From: Tubulanus polymorphus
Lineage: Eukaryota > Animalia > Nemertea
DNA: 64,000 nucleotides
Direction of reading: 5' to 3'
NCBI RefSeq assembly: GCF_964204645.1
Contig: NC_134028.1
Location: 21,448,345 to 21,512,344 of the forward strand
This document shows, one piece after another, positions 37,041 through 49,500 of the stretch. The position numbers and the translations under genes are program-made. The first letter of the stretch is position 1; the number at the start of each line of letters is the position of its first letter. The notes under the pieces were generated by a model. The model worked only from the letters and a program-made list of their open reading frames with translations, did no database searches and was not told the DNA's origin.

Positions 37041-40016
37041 GTGGTCTGTTGGTTTACATTAGGGAACAAATGTAGATACATTAGCGAGGTTCAATGAAAT
37101 ATGACAATCACATAATCTTTGATAAACGAGAAGAAAAGCAGCTCCCACTGAGGATATCTTTTTGAGGGAATTTTTGGCCACCAAGGGTCAGTTATATCAG
37201 GGTAGGCCTATCCAAAATTCTTTGATCTGTAAGAACCCTGATTTGAACTGACCTCGCCCTTCGCATGTAATCAGGCGTAATTCATTTCGGCAAGGCTACT
37301 ATAAACAATTAAAGCCAGGCAATATCTGCTGAGGATTTGATAATCAGTGCACTTTAAGCTTTAGGTGAAACCATTTTTGAAAACTAACTGCCGATTATTT
37401 TAGACTTTGATTTCAACAACAACTTGATTTGGATCCTGTTCTGTATGTTTGTGTGTGTGTGTGTGTAGTCTATACTATGTTTCGCAAATGTTGTTATTTT
37501 TAAAAAGATTAATGGCACAGGTTTATTGTCGAGTTAAGATGAATAACTGTCCTCCGTGAAATGAAAACTCCAAGTAGTTTGGTGCTAACTTAAGAAGTTG
37601 CGAGTTAGGCCCTAGTTATTTCTGTCCATTTCTGATCCTCTCCAAAATAAGGGCTTTAGCTTCAGGCTTTATCTTGTGCCAGAGATATATGTATAGGCCT
37701 ACTGTTAGAGTGGCAACAGCAGCAACAGCAACAGCAGCTAGAGTAGAGATAACTCACTGAAAACTGATTGAATACCTCTCTAATTATTTACCTTTGACAA
37801 GTTTCACTGTTGCAGTATGCCAGATAAGAGTTCAATAGAATATAATTACTACATCTAGCATGAATTCTATTTAGATGTGAATGAATGAATGAGTGAATGA
37901 ATGAGTGAGTGAATTAATGAATTAATGCACGTATCTGGCGTGTTGGGTAACTGTGCCCTTCCCATGTTTTATTGCTGCAATAACCTTGCGTATTATCGCA
38001 TTAGATATTTATTTACCTTGGTAACTAGTATTTATTCAGTTTTATGCATCGAGAGACTAGATTGTAATTTATAGATACTGATGATATTTGCGGGTCGCCC
38101 AACGGAAAATTAATGTCGATTTAAGAATGTTAGGAATGCCTAGGTTTTTAGCCCACTTTAGGCGATATGGTCGGAAATAGGTTCTGGATGAAGTGTCAGA
38201 GCCAGCTTAAAATATTTTCATTATTGATAACTGGAATTACGTCAGGGGCGGATCCAGGGACACTGTCGAGAGTAGGAGACTTATAAAAAGGGCATTTTGA
38301 AATAAAAAGGACATTCTGAAATTTTCTTGCAAATTAACTGCATTCAGATGTAGTTTCCAGGTAATTAAGACACAATCTTGAAGAATTATGTGCTCTTGTT
38401 TAAAATCATCTACCTCATCTTGTAAAAAAGTGCCCTTTTCTAATCTTCATCACCAAATGAATTAATTTCTTTCTATTTTAGGCCTATATGGCAAAAGTGT
38501 GCTCAGAATGCTCCTCATTTCATCTATTTTTCCAAAGTTTTCGTTCTGGAATGGCTTCATCGTCACTGTTGTTTTCATTTGCAGCCCCCTCTTTTCTAAA
38601 TACTGGATCCGTCCCTGCAGAGACAGTTTGTACATACCTACATGGGGGATCGAAAAAACTATGCTCGATCGAGGGCAGTTCTTCCAAGCCGGATCAAGTG
38701 ATTCTGATCAGTAAAACGATGATTAATCCAACCCGGAGTTGATTCCCCCTGAGGCTAGGCGTAGGTTGCATTTGGTGGATTACGAATTCGCGCGCAGCTA
38801 GCGGAATGCGTAGGCGGTTTCGATATTGTTTAATTTTCTCCCTAGTTAAACAGAAATTAATTGATATAACGCTAAATATAGCGCGGCGTTGATCACTGAG
38901 GAGTGATTAACAGCAGCTGCAGCCGCGGCGCTGGGTTTATCGTCGCGTTAGTTGTCGTGACAGCGATTGGCTCCGAGTTGATACTCGATTTCAATATAAA
39001 CCACACCTTCTATGATTTATCATTTCAGAACTGAGGATTATCCTTCACGTAGCGGATGATTAATTGTAAGGTAAGTTCCATTTTTTTATCAACCGTATTC
39101 GCTGAAATTCACTTTTACTTTTGTTGATGCAATTTTCGAGAGGATGAGAAAATGATTTTTTCGATTATTGTCGAGTATTGAGGTTGATGTTCATTCGCTA
39201 ATGATGCGATTTCTGAAACCGATGCCAATTTTTTTGCTGTGAAGTGATTTGAATCCACATGGCTCGATCTTCAATCCCTTGCTGGGCATAAATTCTTTAT
39301 TCCGTGATCACTAACTTTCCAGCAACGCAAGAAAAGCTCTCATGTTTTACAACGGGATACCGGCATACACTAGATGACGCAATAATGCACTCACTTATAG
39401 ATCGTAAAATTTAGTTCATTTTCATTTTTCAATTAACTTTGAACTGGATTTTTGGAAATTTTGTCAAACAAGTCATCACAGAGTAACTGCTGGCGAAAAC
39501 CTTCCAGATCCTCGCCTGCCATACGTGGAGTCCTCGATTGCCACAGTAGAGGTGCCGGTGGTACCCAATAGATATTTCTCTATGACCACACAGAGTGAAT
39601 ATTCGCACAACAATGTTCGCATTATGAAAACTATTCGGAAACCACGAGAAATGTAATAAAGTAAACCCGTGTGTTTTGCTTTATAGGAATTCACGCGTAA
39701 TCTTGATCTTTCATACGTTTCTTTCCTCAAATTCGCGAAATGTTTCACGCTCGATGATATTTTCTGTGCCGTTTATGACTGTTCTTACGGCAGGAAAGAG
39801 GAGACGCTGTCTTACACGACTGGTGACCGACAATCTATCTCCAGTTGCAGCTAGTTGCCCTTGTTCTACTCTTTCGAGCAACTGGTTGGGCAGTATACTC
39901 AGTTATGGTGAAATCTGCCGATGTGCCAACATAGAAATCACTCTGGAAGGGCTTTCCCAGTGATGTCCTTATCAAGCACCTGCCATATGTGCTAGTGAGT
40001 TATGGGGAAACCCATT

Positions 40017-40176
40017 CAGTGTTTTCAATTAGAAATTGACAAGCCAGGTCCCTTCGAAAAACAGGAGGGTCCCATAATATGTCACAGTCCCTGAAACGAA
40101 AGCTTGTTTGAAGTAACAGGCGGGTCGTTTACAAACGACAGACGGGTCTGGGACCTGGCTCTTATTGAAAACACTG
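40017..40176. mobile_element. hAT-like MITE with 5-bp TSD
   Basis: CAGTGTTTTCAAT...ATTGAAAACACTG, with CCATT on both flanks. Confidence 0.65.
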
Positions 40177-41124
40177 CCATTACCAAAACGTTATTGCAAA
40201 TCCGAGAACAAATCAATTTTTGAACTCAGTTGATCCTACCGTACTCCTGGCCCGTTATCATAGTTAAGTATCAAAATTCATAGTTTATTGTCAAAATTCA
40301 CAAAGACTAGTCTACGAAGATGGTAGTTCGGAAGTCTCCCGAACAGGCCAGTCATTCGGTGTGAAGCCAAGCGCACATCGACGAAGTAACTGGAGACAAC
40401 TTGCAAGGCAGGATGGATACTTGAATTTGTCGATGTTTGCTAGTTTACGCCTGGTAAGTGGCAATCTATCTCCAGTTGCTTTGGCCATCTAGTTGTACAC
40501 AGTTACACTGTTATCCACTGGATGTGGGCGCTCCATAATCAAGTCAAATCAAAAAGCTTTATTGGCCCGTAATGCAGACTTACCACAACTGATCAAAGCA
40601 AAGCTAAAGGTGACAGGTGACTTTGGATGCCCTCAAGAAAATCTGCTAGATAACATCGCAGTTGCCGTTGATATGCACGCTGTGGATCTCGAGACTGGCA
40701 CGAGCCTCGCAGTTGCTGGTTTTTACTAGATTGCATTGGCAATATGTCCTCGCTTGTTCACTTGCGACTGGATATGATCAGTCGCTAGTTCGATGTACGC
40801 TAGTCTTAATACTGTGCAGTTAGTTCTATATCCAATGAAAGTCTTCGTGAGGGCCGTCGCATAGAGGCTTAGATCCAAAGATCATGTTTTATTCAATGGC
40901 CAATCCAACAACTCAAAAGATTAACGACCAATTTCGGACTTTAATAACTTGGAAGCGCTATTAAACGCTTAATAAGCCGGATACCAATAATAGGCCTCCA
41001 TCCATCCGTGATAATTATATATGATGAATAATGATTTGATATACCAGGGTGTTTGTGATTGTAATAGATATCATTGAGCTGTCAAACATTCATTCATACA
41101 CTGATTTTGGCAGCTACTTTACAC

Positions 41125-41575
41125 TTTCAGCAACTGACTCCCCTGTATTGATGTTCACTGCCCCCTGGTGGAGCTCTTTCATCAACCACGACCTCCCTTG
41201 ATATTCACTGCCCCCTGGTGGAGCCCTTTCATTACCCACAACCTCCCTTGACGTTCACTGCCCCCTGGTAGAGCCCTTTCAACTACTGACTCCCCCAGTG
41301 TTGGTGTTCACTGCCCCCTGGTAGAGCCCTTTCAACAACTGACTCCCCTAGTGTTGATGTCCACTGCCCCCTGGTAGAGCCCTTTCAACAACTGACTCCC
41401 CTAGTGTTGATGTCCACTGCCCCCTGGTGGAGCCCTTTCAACAACTGACTCCCCTAGTGTTGATGTCCACTGCCCCCTGGTAGAGCCCTTTCAACAACTG
41501 ACTCCCCTAGTGTTGATGTTCACTGCCCCCTGGTGGAGCCCTTTCAACAACTGACTCCCATAGTGTTGATGTCCA
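41125..41575. repeat. 50-53-bp minisatellite, 8 units each containing a CTCF-like core
   Basis: TGCCCCCTGGTRG at about 41159, 41209, 41259, 41312, 41365, 41418, 41471, 41524. Confidence 0.9.
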
Positions 41576-44500
41576 TGTTGATGAGATGTTTGAAACAGCT
41601 TTGCAAATTGGAATCAATTACAGATTAGCTGTGGTTATCTCATTTGGTCCCATTTAACGACTCTAGCCCCTTTACAACTGCACTCTAGGGATGCAATAGC
41701 CTAGTGAAAGGGATTGTAATTGGTTTTTCGCAACGGAGCAATCATACATGCGATCTATTGTGTCTGATATCTATAATTAAATACACCTCAGTTCAGTGTC
41801 CTATAGACACGCTTTAGATAGGTATATAGATAGATGCTTTAATATTAGTACATTGGACGGTACATCATTGTCATCATCAGACAGTACATTCACTCAGCTC
41901 AGCTCAACTCAACTCGACTCTCACTGATTGATCTGGATGTGAAGAGCTATAGGACGCGCTGGTAACTAGATCAGTTAAATCCAGGATGTTCGTGAACAGG
42001 TATCGGCTTTTTGTTGTTGTCGTCGTGAAAGAACCGTAGTAGAATGTATTCTGGTCTTTGAATAGTCGCAACCTTCGTGTTGACAACAGGTTCCCGCATG
42101 GTTTTTTGCAGTCTTTACTTTCGACTTCGACCAGTTCATGGCCAACATCAGCTTATTGATGAAACTGCCGTTTTTGGTACGCATGCTAAAACAAATCAAA
42201 CTATTTTTTTTTCCAAAAAAGACTTACTTAAATGACCATATAAAGCTTAACCGGTATGGGTATATAGTGTTTGTGTATGACATGACGTCATTAGAGATCA
42301 CATGATCCTCTAAAAGTGAAAGTTTCAACGAAACGTTGAAAAACATGGGAAAAACCTTGGAATTTTTGATTCATGTAACTTTGGGAACTATCAGGTCAGA
42401 CTAGGCAGGCGAGCGGAGGGAGGGTTGGACACCATTTCGAGGTGTCTAGACCGATAGGTATTACGAGTATTAACTCAATAATCTAGTAATAGAAGTGATA
42501 GATGTGTTTAGTATTGATTTAACATGGAATATAAGGAGAAATAGATGTATGTCGAGCAATGTCTAATATAGACTAATACATACGTGTATAATACCCCCGC
42601 GAGGGTTACTACTGACTCTATACGTCGTTCTGCATTAGAGAGACGACATTAGACGCCGATGATGACTAGCGATATTAATAAACGCGGAGGTAAAAAGGTT
42701 TCAGGTGAAACGCGTAAAGAACTTGTTTACTTAGGTATAAAACGCGCGAGAGTAAACTCTCGAGATGAAAGGGTCACAAACCCGTTGGTTACAGAGCGCT
42801 GTATAAGAGTCTTACGCTTACCATTGAAATTAACCCTTTTTCAGCCATTCGTGTTTATCTTTCATCATCGCGCAGGTAAAATTACGAGAGTCCGGGCGCC
42901 GGTCGCGTAGCCTCAACTTAGGCTTAAGACAAGTCAGTCTATGACCAACTTACATAGCCAATCTGATGACTTAAGACTAGTCTCAGAATTTAAGACCACT
43001 GTTGGACAGAAGTTTTTACTATGCAACTGGTCCCATGCCATCATTACTATTGAAAATGAAATTCTCATTCAACCGCATTGATTGATTTTGACTTTTAATA
43101 GAGGCTAAATACCAGTCCTAGCTATGAAGTAACCTTGAAAATAGAGATTCAAAAACATTCTTATCGATTATTCTGAAATCCTCTGGTCTATAAAATGCTT
43201 TCGAGAGATCGAATAACGCTTTGATGTTTCATTGAAATTGTTGACATTCAAGTACACTGTTATGTTGACCTGAACTGACGTATTTAAATTCCAATCCAGT
43301 GCAGTATGAAGCTATTTAACTTTCTACATATGTAGGCAACTATCTGAATACAATATACGTGCGTATGTACTTTCTCTTTATATGACATGTGTTGGATAGT
43401 GTCTGATCATATCAATACACTTTAAAAAGGTAAGAATTTATTAATCAAATGGCGTTATGATCTCGATCATCTTCTCGAGCATCGGAGGAGACTGTTTTGT
43501 CCGAACGGAAATTCGATTAGTAAAGTCTTTATAGCAATGCCTCAGTCTCGAGATGCCAAAGGTTGGCCTAACTAGCAAATTGCGAATTCTTTCAAATTAG
43601 GCAGGGGGAGGCTTCCGAGGGTTCTGTAATACTGTCGAGCTTTGTCTGTGCCCTCTGGAGATGCCCCTTAATCCATGGATTTGATGTAAAAGCGCCCTCG
43701 TTTGGCATGATTTGTTGTAGTAAGTGCCCCCAAAAAACTGCAAGTTAGATATTAAGTGCCCTCTTTTGCTGTGATTTGACAAAGAAAGTGCCCTCCCCCG
43801 TAATAGTGAGTGCCCTTATACAATTCGAAACCCTCTCGAGATAGGGTTCTTGATCCGGCCCTGACCCGCTGTCGACGCCTTCTTGAAATCAAACGCTAAA
43901 CAGTCTCGATATAGTATCGCGGTTGTTTTTAGAAGCCGTCGTTGTTGCGGTTTGCGGTGAAGTCGTTCATTTATTTTCTCTACGCCGGTAGAATAAGACC
44001 TCAGAACGTGATACTCGTACGGGAGCACCTTATTATCAATTCTACGAAGTATTTCATCCGCTAACAAGCCCGGCCGATTAATACTTCTAATTCCCGGCGA
44101 GCTGGTCGCGCCTGCGTAATGACTGACGGCGATCGGGTCTCGGTCTCAGGAACCAGTATATCGGGGCTGTAGCCATTTATGAGGATGAAAATTCCACCAG
44201 GTAAAAATAGCCCCCCAAATTTGATTTCATGACAAAATTCCGCAAAATCTTTCAATATTCTCTCGTGTTGGAAAACTAAGATAGATTTCGAAAAAAAATT
44301 TCAAATTCTCCGTCGGTGATGGTTGCGATACCTGTAACTTTTTGCAAGCTGCACGCATGGAAATAGACCTATGACATTTTCATAGTTTTGAAAATTTCTA
44401 ATAAGAAACATAGTTTAAAACTGTTAATAAGATATCTATATACTACTATTTGTGTTCCTTGATTCTTTTGTAAAAAGTATTATCTAGTTTTTATCTGAGT

Positions 44501-46139
44501 TTTAAGCTCCTGTTTGATAGAAAACTGATTTTTTACCTGATTATTATCGATAAGTTGTAGGCACGATAATATGAAATACATGTAGGCTATGTCACTATTT
44601 ATATCGTTTACTATTTATTTCCCTTTGAGACACAAAATCGTATCGCTTGTTTTGTTAGTCGAGACTCTTAAACTCGTCCAGTAGGTTTATGGATTCGAAT
44701 TAAAGGTATTTTAAGAAAGATAACTTAGCCAATTAAGAGTAGCCTCGGGGTGGGATCTAGGGTCTGACTTGGGGAGGATGCACCCCTGAAATAGGGAATA
44801 ATATGATAAATTAGAAGGGCATCCGATCATTGGGAAAAATTGTGTATTTTCTATGAAATACAGAGAACATTCTTATGAATTTAAACTTTTAAGTATCAGT
44901 AGATAAACTATAGTTAATATTTTTAATTTTCTCTCTGAATTTCGGGGCGACTTAAGATTTTAGGGGATGAGGGTGTGCACCTCTGTACCCTATCCTTGGT
45001 TCCGCCTGAGCCTTTCCAGGGCCTACAGCGCTACATACTGGCTACATGCCCCTGGTAGTTCCTGGTTCTATTTAAGCGTCAGCTGTGTTGAGAAACAAGA
45101 ATCGTGTTTCGTGATAACCTACTGTTATTCATGAGGGAAACTCTTCAAAGCGTCGATGACGAGGGTAGCATTGACTCCCGGTCAGCTGCAGGGCCTCACG
45201 TTATAAACGCCAGTAGTCTCTATTCACTTGCGGTGTCGTTTCTGATGCCTTTCGTTTTTCATGAAGATCTCTGTTGACAGATAAATATATCCTCGAATAG
45301 GCCTCGAAATTTCAAGTTGAACTGTAAACAATCCTAGAAAATTTGGCCGTAAATGGCATCGATTTTTGGGAAAGATTGACGGTCGACAGATGCCTTAGCG
45401 CTGCGTCATTTGATACTGATATGGTGCAATTATTAACAACCGCTAGAAAAAAAACCCGTTGACTTCCTGCGATAAATATTCAGGAAGTCATACTACACGC
45501 ACACCTATGGGCAATCCAGGGGTAATCTGGATAAATATTTCAAGCAGCATCACGCGCTGCTGATGATGTTAGTCAATGAGCCCACACAGCAGATGACGGG
45601 TTCATCCTCGACTCACGTGAGTGAGTGAGTGACTGAGTACACGATGTACTGTCTCTCGGCTCAGCGTTCGTGTGTGTAGCGCGTGTGGTGTATGTGGATT
45701 AATTTGGGAATTTATCACCTGTTGAATGTAGATAAAACCTGCTGCATTAGCAGTAGTAGTAGTAGCAATATGGTCGCGGAGGTAGTCAGGTAAAAAAAAT
45801 TGATTTCAATCCGGCAAACTTTCCTCCTTCGTGGGGGCCGGGTGGTTCATCGTGTTGGCTTTTTGATTAGCGCATGGTTTATTCCTGGCTGAAGGTTCAA
45901 ATGGAAGAATAAGAATAAATCGATCCATTTTGTAACGAACGATGCTTAGGATATTAATGTTATTATCTTCTGACTGCGTTGAGCAGCATTCTATGAAATT
46001 AGAAAAAAATGATTTTGAAAACGTATTTTGTAGGAATCCAAACGAATTCTTTGTACTCCTAATTACCAACAATTCATATGAATTACTGTGGTTTTCTTAG
46101 TACATCGACGGATTTTCTCACCCTAAAACATTTCTTCCG

Positions 46140-46275
46140 ATAAGTTTAAAACCCTCTATATACCGAGTTTAAAAGATGAAAAGCGTGATGACGATTCTCT
46201 AGTGAGAGTTTCGAAACGTCGTGGTATTTTGATTTTAATCTTTCGATTTTAGATAAAGTGGGTTTTAAACTTATA
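46140..46275 (+). mobile_element. Penelope-like remnant with degenerate hammerhead core
   Basis: Inverted ends ATAAGTTTAAAACCC/GGGTTTTAAACTTAT enclose GTGATGA-cg-ATTCTC tagt GAGAGT-ttc-GAAACGTCG. Confidence 0.5.
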
Positions 46276-46558
46276 ATCGATTCTCCTCTTCAGAATGTGG
46301 CTGTTCTACTACCATTTCATATGATTTTGAAATACAGGATGCCGCACGTGCAATTTCCGGGGATCTGACGACAAAATATCCACACCTGGTGTCTTTTTCG
46401 GAACGCATTTCAGCGAAAATAAGGGCGGGGGGTGCGTATGCCGCTTCTGCCCTCCCCCCTACCTGAATTATGGGAATTGATATAGTGACATGACATTTGA
46501 AAGCTGTTGTTTTTGTTATTTTAGTTTGAAGAGTGCGCTCTTTGAGGGCTGGCGTGTC

Positions 46559-49500
46559 ATGCGAATATATTTCAATTGTTTGCTGTATTTAGTGGTGCTG
46601 TTGACGACATTTTCCCAATTCGTCGGTAAGTAGGCCTATATGATATCATCACCGGTCGTGATTTTGTGCGGGTGTAATGGGCATGGAGTCAAATTTGAGT
46701 CAAATGAGTTTAATTTGGCCCGTACGTAATTAGTACGTAATTAGAGAATGCGTTCACATACAAACCACTCACTCGACACTAAACAATGCTTAAACAAAGC
46801 CAAGTGGGTCACTTCCGATACCAGTTGCAATTCAAACGCAATCATTTGTCCAGTGCTCAAATTTGGCTCGAGGCCTGGTGCGACGTTTTCGGTGGGCGCC
46901 AAATTTTGCGCCAAACGAGTGATTTGGCCGAATTTGAAGCGCTTTCGAGATAGCAGCTATTATTATCAGCTATTATTATCAACGGGCGACGGATTGATGT
47001 AGATACAGTGGAACCTCGTTACAACGAACTTCGGCACACCCGAAAACACAATCTGTTCGTTATGACCGATTATTCATTACATCCAGCATGAAATCAATCA
47101 GATCATCGTAGCATGGGAAGAAATCTTCCAGTTTGTTATATCTGATAAATTGTTGTATCTGTAGACTTCATTATAAGGCCTTTTTTAATAGCTCGGTTTA
47201 CGGGATAGACCTATTAAGATATCATTTCGGAGGGGAAATAGAAATTTTAAAAAATTCCCTTAAGTGAGATGAAATCACTTTTTGAAGGAAGAGGGAACTG
47301 TCGATAGGGCAGAATACACATGTCCAAACAAATGATTCTTGGTGAGTTCGAATTCTGCACACTGCGATCAAAAATGAACCTCGGGTTTTTCAATCTTTTT
47401 CATCATTCGAGCCAGGATTCTCAATCGGCATTTTGCTCATTTTTTCACCGAATTCGTTTCACTGACGGAAATGAAAAGAACATAAAATTCATATTTATTT
47501 GACGTTTCTTCAAATTTTGGTGGCAGTTCCCGTAAACCGAGCTATTAAAAAAACGGCCTACATATCGTAATATTCGTATGATCTACATTCCGAAGCCCCT
47601 CTAGCCCTGTGTATCGCTTACTAGGCGTAGCGTGTAATCATGATATCGATGTATTTTTCCCCCCCCCCCCCCCCCGGTTGTGATGTTCTATATTTAACCG
47701 TTTGATTTCGAAACCCGCGCCGGCAGTGATGCAATTTATTATCGGATTTAACGAGAGTCGAATGTAAACAAATTATGCTTCATAAAATACACACACAGAT
47801 CGCCGCGAGCGTCGTCGCGAAGGTAGAGTAAACTACGCAGTGATTTTTAACCCGATCAAGTGACGGTGAATTGTCGTTATGCGTGTATTTTGAGTTGTAT
47901 GTTGTACGTAAGCTCAGCTGCTCGTCGATGGCAAAATCTGAATCCGATAAATCGATAAAATCAATCGCTCTACTTGAAGTGATCTGTATGAATCATTAAA
48001 CGGTGCGGTGATTATGAACACCGATAATAATCAGGCCACACTTTTAATGATTGTTAAGGTGGGGTGGGGGAGGGGTAGATTGACTTGTAACTGTTTGTGA
48101 TGTGTAGGTGCTTTAAGTCTAGGACTGAGAGAGAAATGAGAAATAGGAATGTGTGTCAAGCTGACATTGGCAAGCCGTCGAAGGGCTTTATGAAATCGGT
48201 TTAGGTGCCAAGGATTGACTTGTAACTGTTTGTGATGTGTAGGTGCTTCAAGTCTAGGACTGAGAGAGAAATGAGAAATGGGAATGTGTGTCAAGCTGAC
48301 ATTGGCAAGCCGTCGAAGGGCTTTATGAAATCGGTTTAGGTGCCAAGGAAGTTGTCAACTCCGATGATACACGAAATTTAGTCATGGTAGCTGCATAGCT
48401 GGTGAGATTATGTCATAATTGAAGAAAAGTTTTCCACAAATCTGTTAAGAAATTGCAATCAGATCCATTCAGCCATTTATTTGAAGCTCAGGAGTCATTA
48501 TCGGTGTCTATTGGGAGACCAAAAGTCTTTTTAATCGTTTGATAAATTTCACTTTTGGAATTTTTAATTTGTGTATACATAGGCTAGTGGGATTGTGTTG
48601 CACAATCAGTGTGTCTGATGCTGTATGGTAATTCTGTAGTTATGATAATCTAATAACCTTTAATTCATAGACGTTTAACTAGTTTGATGTGTTTGTTATG
48701 AAATAGGTTTTTTTCAGTTCAGTTCTAATAGTGAATGGTCTTGTAATCTTGTAGTCTTATAATTATCAGTAAGATCATATATTCAAGCAGTATGAGATGG
48801 ATGGGAAGGGAGGTGGTTGGTTTACGAAGTGAAGGTGGTAGACGTGGGGAGGGAGAGGTACTGTGTAGTGAAGGTGGTCGGCGTGCGGAGGGATAGGTAC
48901 TGTGTTGTGGAGGTGGTTGGTGTGTGGAGGGAGAGGTACTGTGTAGTGAAGGTGGTAGGTGTGCGGAGGGAGAGGTACTGTGTAGTGAAGGTGGTCGGCG
49001 TGCGGAGGGAGAGGTACTGTGTAGTGAAGGTGGTCGGCGTGCGGAGGGAGAGGTACTGTGTTGTGGAGGTGGTCGGCGTGCGGAGGGAGAGGTACTGTGT
49101 AGTGGAGGTGGTCGGTGTGCGGAGGGAGAGGTTCTGTATAGTGAAGGTGGTCAGTGTGCGGAGGGAGAGGTTCTGTATAGTGAAGGTGGTCAGTGTGCGG
49201 AGGGAGAGGTACTGTGTTGTGGAGGTGGTCGGTGTGCGGAGGGAGAGGTACTGTGTTGTGGAGGTGGTCGGCGTGCGGAGGGATAGGTACTGTGTAGTGA
49301 AGGTGGTCGGCGTGCGGAGGGAGAGGTACTGTGTAGTGAAGGTGGTCGGTGTGCGGAGGGAGAGGTACTGTGTAGTGAAGGTGGTCGGTGTGCGGAGGGA
49401 GAGGTACTGTGTAGTGAAGGTGGTCGGTGTGCGGAGGGAGAGGTACTGTGTAGTGAAGGTGGTCGGCGTGCGGAGGGATAGGTACTGTGTTGTGGAGGTG

